From the IMG/VR virus record IMGVR_UViG_3300005534_000002: a stretch of 20,000 bases of DNA; one strand, given 5' to 3'. The DNA comes from an uncultured virus (IMG/VR IMGVR_UViG_3300005534_000002) (Duplodnaviria; Heunggongvirae; Uroviricota; Caudoviricetes). The first letter of the stretch is position 1, and the number at the start of each line of letters is the position of its first letter. The notes below the pieces were generated by a model. The model made no database searches. It was given only the letters and a program-made list of their open reading frames with translations, and was not told the origin of the DNA. Shown here one piece after another: positions 14,845-20,000 of this stretch. The translations under genes and the position numbers were made by a program.

Positions 14845-15650
14845 TCGTGGCTCGATCGCAGACTCCGTCAATCCGGTCGCACTGCGACCTCGCGCAGCAT
14901 CCCAAGCTGATGGACCTGTGTGACTGGCTGGGCGTGCGCCGACCCGAAGCCCTGGGGATCATCCATCTCCTGTGGCATTGGGCAGCCCGCCACAGCCCAC
15001 TAGAGGGCAAGGTCACGATTGACCGGGAAAAGCTGGCTAAGGCCCTGTTTTGGACCGGAGAACCGGACTTGCTCTGGCGGGCGCTGATCCACTGCGAGTG
15101 GATGGACGAGTGGCCGAACGGCGACGTATACGTTCACGAGTGGAAGCTCTACGGTGGCGCGGACGAAGCTATCGAAAAGAAAAGGACGTATGACCGAGAA
15201 CGTTTGCGGATGCTGCGCCAGCAGGAACAGCTTTCCCTTGAGCCACCGACGCCAACGACGCTGTCAGTGACGCCCGCTGGTGACGAAGTAATGCGGGTCT
15301 ACGCTACGCTCAAGGGTGACAGCCCTGCACTTCCCAATGACCTGAAGCGCATCGAGCGCACGATCGAGAAGTACCCGAAACAAGACCCGTACGACGTGGC
15401 GCTCAGCTACGTCGCCTGGCAGATCAAGGTCGCGGAACAGTGGCGTGAGTTTCAGCGTGGCCTGAAGCCGCATACTGACGTCGTCGCGGGCTGGATGAAC
15501 CAGATGCGGATGCATCACGAACGAGGTTGGTCCCTGCGCGACGGCCACAAGAAATCGCGTGGCGACACGATCAAGCTGACGCCCGATGACCTGGCGCGGT
15601 ATCACTCAGACAACACCGCGCAGCGGGAGCTACTCAATGCCGCACATTGA
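14841..15650 (+). CDS. phage replication initiator / replisome organizer-like protein
   Basis: HPKL..L...LGV...EALGIIHLLWHWA winged-helix-like N-terminus, VHEW, YDRERLR; located directly upstream of DnaB. Confidence 0.7.
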   Translation: MIVARSQTPSIRSHCDLAQHPKLMDLCDWLGVRRPEALGIIHLLWHWAARHSPLEGKVTIDREKLAKALFWTGEPDLLWRALIHCEWMDEWPNGDVYVHEWKLYGGADEAIEKKRTYDRERLRMLRQQEQLSLEPPTPTTLSVTPAGDEVMRVYATLKGDSPALPNDLKRIERTIEKYPKQDPYDVALSYVAWQIKVAEQWREFQRGLKPHTDVVAGWMNQMRMHHERGWSLRDGHKKSRGDTIKLTPDDLARYHSDNTAQRELLNAAH

Positions 15651-16998
15651 CTTCCCAAGTCAGTTCGACAAAGAGGCTGAAGAAGCCGTGCTCGGGTCGT
15701 GCTTGATCGACCCGCGCGCCGGTGAGTACACGCTGGCGACGGGACTCGAACCGAAGGACTTTTTCCTGGAGTCGAACCAGGCCATCTTCTACGCGATACG
15801 TTCGCTCGTAAACCGTGGCGTCGCGCCCGACTTCGTGACCGTCACCGACGAGATGGACAAGACTGGCAGTCTGGCCGAGATCGGCGGGACCGGCTATCTG
15901 TCAGCCCTGGTGCTGATGGTGCCGTCGTCCTTCAACGCGGTACATTACGCGAGTATCGTCCACCGCATGAGCCTCGAACGCCAGCTTGGGAAGGCGGGCT
16001 TTGATCTGCTCCAGGCTGCGGCAGACGCCGACGAAGGCTTGCCGCTCAGGGCGAGAAAGCTGCACAGCGAGATAGGACGCATCACTCGCGGCCTGCAAGA
16101 ACGAACGCTCAAGGACGAGATGCAGGCGGTCTACGACACGACGCTCAAGCGCATCACTGGCGAGTTGAAGGACGAAGTGATCCGCACCAGCATGACACGC
16201 CTCAACAAACTACTTCAGGGAGGGCTGCGTCGAACCGACTTCACGGTCGTTGCCGGACGAACCTCTCAGGGTAAGACCGCTCTCGCGGCGACAATCTTAC
16301 ACCACATTTCAGTTGTGTCGAAGCTCCCATGTGTGCTCTACTCGTACGAGATGGCACCAGCACAGATGATGCAACGCCTCGTCGCCCTTCGTTCAGGCGT
16401 CCCGCTACGGCTCATCCGCGAGGGAGACATTCAGGATGACCACTTGTTGAACCGCGCGACAATCGCTCTGGCCGAGATTGCGGACAGCCCCCTGGTGATC
16501 GTTTCAGCCGCAGGGTGGAACATTGAAGAGATCGCGGCGCACGCACAGACTCTGGCGCGGCAGGCTCCGCTGGCTGTGGTCGCTATCGACTACTTACAGC
16601 TTGTGGCCGTATCGCCTGACTTGCTCAAAGCAAACCGCGCGACTCAGGTATCCGGCGTGACTGCCGGCGCGAAGCAGTTAGCAGAACGTCTGAACGTCAA
16701 CGTCCTGGGCCTCTCTCAGCTAAATCGTCTGGTTGAGATACAGGATCGCGAACCGGAACTATCTGACCTTCGAGAATCGGGCGGCATCGAACAGGATGCG
16801 AACCAAGTCCTGTTTGTCTATGACGCTCCCAAGAAGGAACAAGCGACCATGCCAGAGGGCTATTTCGCCAAGATACTCAGCTTACAGAAGGATCGCAACG
16901 GCGAGTGCGGCAAGACTGAGGTTTCGTACTTCGGCCCGCTCACGCGCTTTGTAGACTATCCCTTACCGAAGAATGTGATCTATGCGCAAGCCAGCTAA
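15637..16998 (+). CDS. dnaB: replicative DNA helicase, DnaB family
   Basis: EAEEAVLGS, Walker A AGRTSQGKT, SYEM, IDYLQL, LSQLNR, SDLRESGGIEQDA, KDRNG. Confidence 0.95.
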   Translation: MPHIDFPSQFDKEAEEAVLGSCLIDPRAGEYTLATGLEPKDFFLESNQAIFYAIRSLVNRGVAPDFVTVTDEMDKTGSLAEIGGTGYLSALVLMVPSSFNAVHYASIVHRMSLERQLGKAGFDLLQAAADADEGLPLRARKLHSEIGRITRGLQERTLKDEMQAVYDTTLKRITGELKDEVIRTSMTRLNKLLQGGLRRTDFTVVAGRTSQGKTALAATILHHISVVSKLPCVLYSYEMAPAQMMQRLVALRSGVPLRLIREGDIQDDHLLNRATIALAEIADSPLVIVSAAGWNIEEIAAHAQTLARQAPLAVVAIDYLQLVAVSPDLLKANRATQVSGVTAGAKQLAERLNVNVLGLSQLNRLVEIQDREPELSDLRESGGIEQDANQVLFVYDAPKKEQATMPEGYFAKILSLQKDRNGECGKTEVSYFGPLTRFVDYPLPKNVIYAQAS

Positions 16999-17632
16999 GA
17001 AAGAGCCGTGGTCGCGGGACGAAGACCTGACCCTGGTCGAGAACGTTCACCAGCTAAACCACGAGAATTACACCAAGTTTCTACCTGGGCGAACGATCAA
17101 GGCTATCCGCGCCCGCATCAGAACGCTCGGGCTACAGGGCGCGGCGGCGACGTTCAACGGCTACTCGTATACAACCACCGAACTGGCGGCGATCCTTGGA
17201 GTGCCACGACGAACTCTTTGGCGTTGGGTCCTATCAGGCATGTTCAAGGACGTGGATCGCTGTCCGGTGCTCGACAACGCCGCCCAGAGAGACAACCCCG
17301 AGGCGCGATACCGCATACCAACAGCATCGGTGGACGAGTTTCTGACCGAGTACCCGATGCTCTTTTCAGTCAAGACGTTTCCGCCGATGCAGAAGGGAGG
17401 CGTAAATCATCGGCAGACGCTCATCGAGGCCATGCCAGACTCCTGGGTCACTGTGCCGCAAGCCGCCCGCATACTCGGGTGGGCCAACCGCACGGTGACA
17501 GCGTGGGCAGCGGAAGGGAAACTCCCTGGCCGTCGCGTGCTCGGAGTCTGGTACTTCAAACGCTACGCAGTGGAAGACCTACGAGTCAGGAGATTCAGGC
17601 ATGATTCAGACCGATCAACTCGCGCTGCTTGA
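16982..17632 (+). CDS. multi-HTH DNA-binding protein (Myb-like plus two excisionase-like HTHs)
   Basis: WSRDED...RTIKAIRAR...LGL; YTTTELAAILGVPRRTLWRW; VTVPQAARILGWANRTVTAWAAEGKLPG.R..G.W. Confidence 0.8.
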   Translation: MRKPAKKEPWSRDEDLTLVENVHQLNHENYTKFLPGRTIKAIRARIRTLGLQGAAATFNGYSYTTTELAAILGVPRRTLWRWVLSGMFKDVDRCPVLDNAAQRDNPEARYRIPTASVDEFLTEYPMLFSVKTFPPMQKGGVNHRQTLIEAMPDSWVTVPQAARILGWANRTVTAWAAEGKLPGRRVLGVWYFKRYAVEDLRVRRFRHDSDRSTRAA

Positions 17633-17918
17633 CCCGGTAGCGACGGCTAACGTCCTTCAGCGGGTGGCAAACGAGCGCGCTCGTCAGGATGACAAATGGG
17701 GCCAGCAGGACCACGACCCAATCGTCTGGCTCGCCATTCTCGGAGAAGAGTTTGGCGAAGCATCCCAGGAAAGTCTGCGCGTTCTGTTTGACGACGACAG
17801 CAGAGCAGCGGCCAAGCATTTCCATCACCTAATCGAAGAACTGCTCCAGGTCGCGGCGGTCGCTGTGGTCGCTGTTGAAGCCTTGGAGCGCCTCTACCGA
17901 CCGATTATCGAAAGGTAA
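17601..17918 (+). CDS. MazG-like nucleotide pyrophosphohydrolase
   Basis: ERARQDDKWGQQDH...WLAILGEEFGEA...EELLQVAAVAV. Confidence 0.75.
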   Translation: MIQTDQLALLDPVATANVLQRVANERARQDDKWGQQDHDPIVWLAILGEEFGEASQESLRVLFDDDSRAAAKHFHHLIEELLQVAAVAVVAVEALERLYRPIIER

Positions 17919-17923
17919 GCAGC

Positions 17924-18301
17924 ATGATCGACACGTCAGTGACAACCCTCGCAGTCGGCGTCCCGACCATCATCGGGCTCGTCCAGGTCGCGAAGCAGAT
18001 TGGCGTCCCGAACCGTATCGCTCCGCTCGTGAGCATCCTGTTTGGCATCCTCGCCGGCCTGTACTACTACCAGTCGTCGTTCGCGACGAACTGGCCGAAC
18101 GGCATCGTGTTTGGCATCTCGCTCGGACTCTCCGCATCCGGCCTCTACGCTGCGGCGACAACCGCATCAGGCGGCGTGGACATTCCGACGCTCATCAAGG
18201 GCATCAAGCCGACCAAGACCGATCCGACCGTGACGCCGGCAGGTACGCGAACGCTCGATCCGACGCCAACTCCACCGACCACGACGGGGCCAACCCAATG
18301 A
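17924..18301 (+). CDS. holin-like membrane protein with Pro/Thr-rich tail
   Basis: VPTIIGLVQVAKQIG.P.R..PLVSILFG...GI..GLSASGLY; hydrophobic segments typical of phage holins. Confidence 0.75.
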   Translation: MIDTSVTTLAVGVPTIIGLVQVAKQIGVPNRIAPLVSILFGILAGLYYYQSSFATNWPNGIVFGISLGLSASGLYAAATTASGGVDIPTLIKGIKPTKTDPTVTPAGTRTLDPTPTPPTTTGPTQ

Positions 18302-18540
18302 AGATGACCGTCGATACAGAGGCGATGACCGTTCACGTCGAAGACGGGGACAGTCATGTGACCGTGGAGTGGCCGGTCTACTACGACGCCGTCGAGCACA
18401 CTCGCAACAATCCGAACTGGCAGTCCGACGTCGCGCTCATGTTCGAGATGCGTGTCGGGCAGTTGATCCTCGACGCGGCCAAGCTGCACGTCCAGGACGA
18501 AGCCGACAACGCCTCACGAATCATCAGCATCGCAGCATAG
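18298..18540 (+). CDS. hypothetical protein
   Basis: ATGA overlap with the holin; MKMTVDTEAMTVHVEDG... Confidence 0.7.
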   Translation: MKMTVDTEAMTVHVEDGDSHVTVEWPVYYDAVEHTRNNPNWQSDVALMFEMRVGQLILDAAKLHVQDEADNASRIISIAA

Positions 18541-18548
18541 GAGAGCAC

Positions 18549-18920
18549 ATGAGCAGTCTCGCAGAAGCAGAAATCATCGGCAACCTCGGGCGCGATCCCG
18601 AGATGCGCTACACGCCTAACGGCAAGGCTGTCACCAACTTCTCGGTCGCTGTGAATAGCAACCGGAAAGATGATGACACGGTCAAGTGGTTCGAGGTACA
18701 GTGCTGGGACAAGCTCGCTGAAACCGCCAACGCTTACCTTGCCAAAGGCCGGCAGGTGTTCATACGCGGCGACTTAGAGCTACGGACCTGGCAGGACAAG
18801 CGCACCGGCGAGACGCGGGCAGCAATTCGGATCACCGCCCAAACGCTCAGGTTCCTCGGCTCTAAGCAGGACAAACCAGACGCAGCGTCGGGCGACTGGT
18901 CCGACGAAGACACATTCTAG
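18549..18920 (+). CDS. ssb: single-stranded DNA-binding protein
   Basis: IIGNLGRDPEMRYTPNGKAVTNFSVAVN...W..LAE....YL.KGRQVFI.G; acidic tail DEDTF; AGGAG SD. Confidence 0.95.
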   Translation: MSSLAEAEIIGNLGRDPEMRYTPNGKAVTNFSVAVNSNRKDDDTVKWFEVQCWDKLAETANAYLAKGRQVFIRGDLELRTWQDKRTGETRAAIRITAQTLRFLGSKQDKPDAASGDWSDEDTF

Positions 18921-18932
18921 AAAGGACACGCC

Positions 18933-19220
18933 ATGAGCTACCAGATCATCGTAGGAACACACAACGACCCAATCTCGCTGCATCAATTCAATGAGGCAGT
19001 GGACGATGCGCCTGTTCTGTATCAGGAGGTGACCACCAGTCAGGACCGAAGCGACATTGCCGCCGTGAAGGACGCGCTCAAGGCTCTCGGGTCGCGCGTT
19101 CGCCACACGCACGCTTTCGGCAACGCCAGCGGGCACCTTCTCAACGGCAACGACTATCGCAGCGGATACGGCGGAATGTCCGTCAATGTCGGCGGTGTGG
19201 ACAAGGAAGTCGTGCCGTGA
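18933..19220 (+). CDS. hypothetical protein
   Basis: AAAGGA SD. Confidence 0.7.
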   Translation: MSYQIIVGTHNDPISLHQFNEAVDDAPVLYQEVTTSQDRSDIAAVKDALKALGSRVRHTHAFGNASGHLLNGNDYRSGYGGMSVNVGGVDKEVVP

Positions 19221-19375
19221 GCATCGTGCGACAGCTATTCAACAAGCTCAGGTGCCGTCTTCGTGGCGGGCATGTGCCTGACTGTCACGGTATATCGTTC
19301 GGCGGTCAGATCGTGCTCTGCCGCGATTGCAAGCACTTCATCGGCGTGGTGCCGTACAAGGGGCGAGAGAGATGA
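19217..19375 (+). CDS. Zn-finger microprotein (52 aa, not in ORF track)
   Basis: GTGA and ATGA coupling; MSIVRQLFNKLRCRLRGGHVPDCHGISFGGQIVLCRDCKHFIGVVPYKGRER. Confidence 0.65.
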   Translation: MSIVRQLFNKLRCRLRGGHVPDCHGISFGGQIVLCRDCKHFIGVVPYKGRER

Positions 19376-19575
19376 TGCGGACGATCGAGAGACTACTGGC
19401 GCGCAGCGGGGCCGTGTGCCTCTTGCGTGGCTTCCACGAGTGGGAGCCTGTCCTGGTGTACATCCAAGACGGCGTTGTGTTCGGCTTGGATGTATACCAG
19501 AGCGAGAACCGTAAGGTGTGTATCACCTGTGGTAAGGACGGCGGTCGCTTGCGGAAATTCGAGTACCCGTCATGA
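19372..19575 (+). CDS. Zn-finger microprotein (DUF1660-like)
   Basis: CLLRGFHEW...CITCGK; ATGA coupling at both ends. Confidence 0.65.
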   Translation: MMRTIERLLARSGAVCLLRGFHEWEPVLVYIQDGVVFGLDVYQSENRKVCITCGKDGGRLRKFEYPS

Positions 19576-19763
19576 AAGACAACGGCCCCTCCGAGAAAGA
19601 GATCGAAGAGGCGATTGCGCGGGCTGAAGCGAAGAGCAAGGGCGTCGCGATGAACCGCCGCGAACGACGAGCCTATGCCAGCGGTGGGCGCAAGAGTGCC
19701 TACGACCAATCAATTTGGCATAGGATGACGACCAAAGAGAAGCGCCAGAGAAAGGCGGCATAG
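19572..19763 (+). CDS. small basic hypothetical protein
   Basis: ATGA coupling; MNRRERR motif common in small phage proteins. Confidence 0.65.
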   Translation: MKDNGPSEKEIEEAIARAEAKSKGVAMNRRERRAYASGGRKSAYDQSIWHRMTTKEKRQRKAA

Positions 19764-19764
19764 C

Positions 19765-20000
19765 GTGGACGACTCTGAGGGTCGGGTCAGCCAGTTAACG
19801 CTTAAGTACGAGCGACACTTCCTAGATTGCGACGGCTGCAATTACTCCGCCCCAGAAGGCTTCGTCCTGGTGGGATGGCACGCAAACCTCTCGCTCTGCC
19901 TTGAGTGCTTCGCTGCGCTACCCGACACAACCCAGCGGCTTGTCCTGGAAGGCATCGAGCTACTCGACAGGAAACGCACTGAAGCGACAAACACGCACAT
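19765..20000 (+). CDS. Zn-binding hypothetical protein, 3' truncated by window
   Basis: GTG 1 nt after the previous stop; frame open to the window end; CDGC...CLEC. Confidence 0.6.
   Translation, partial: MDDSEGRVSQLTLKYERHFLDCDGCNYSAPEGFVLVGWHANLSLCLECFAALPDTTQRLVLEGIELLDRKRTEATNTH

Larger units (their letters stand above)
1..20000. mobile_element. Phage/prophage early and replication region
   Basis: Dense small hypothetical ORFs with ATGA/TAATG stop-start overlaps, together with phage-type Dam, DUF1064, metallophosphoesterase, DUF5664, ERF-like, initiator-DnaB, holin and SSB genes. No host housekeeping operon is present. Confidence 0.9.

Noticed and set aside
22..19990. Numerous long overlapping alternative-frame and antisense ORFs in the track
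   Set aside because: These are expected shadow ORFs in high-GC DNA: Arg/Pro/Ser-rich, lacking SD sites, and overlapping better-supported genes.
1..20000. Genome-wide TGA reassignment
   Set aside because: Many genes end in TGA with ATGA/GTGA overlap onto the next start and give full-length recognisable proteins; only one in-frame TGA was found.
19764..20000. Possible ncRNA or tRNA at the window end
   Set aside because: No cloverleaf was found; the stretch is an open plus-strand frame with paired CxxC motifs running off the window.

Overview
A gene-dense, high-GC (roughly 60% by eye, not computed) segment of a phage or prophage early/replication region. It contains no structural genes, integrase, RNA genes or CRISPR array. 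The SSB and DnaB sequences look Chloroflexota-like, which is a tentative inference. There are three blocks. (1) A rightward block (1-7424) encodes a Ycf46-type AAA+ ATPase, a DUF1257/Ycf35 protein, a DUF2997 protein, an NrdG-like radical SAM enzyme and many small translationally coupled hypotheticals. (2) A leftward block (7363-12960) encodes a phage Dam-type methyltransferase, three unannotated membrane microproteins, a DUF1064 nuclease, a secreted 3D-domain protein, a metallophosphoesterase, a HAD nucleotidase and a DUF5664 dNTP diphosphohydrolase. It is driven by one of a divergent sigma70 promoter pair at about 13000-13074. (3) A rightward replication block carries an ori-like palindrome array, an ERF-like annealase, an initiator, DnaB, an HTH protein, a MazG-like protein, a holin, SSB and Zn-finger microproteins. 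The top leads are: a gene with an in-frame TGA followed directly by a bacterial-SECIS-like hairpin (candidate phage selenoprotein, 4162-4428); a radical SAM enzyme whose N-terminus resembles the neighbouring DUF2997 protein, tying it to the AAA/DUF1257/DUF2997 module; a hidden 57-aa cationic peptide with synonymously diverged PRLK repeats (7251-7424); and a tandem array of paralogous membrane microproteins (8001-8433).
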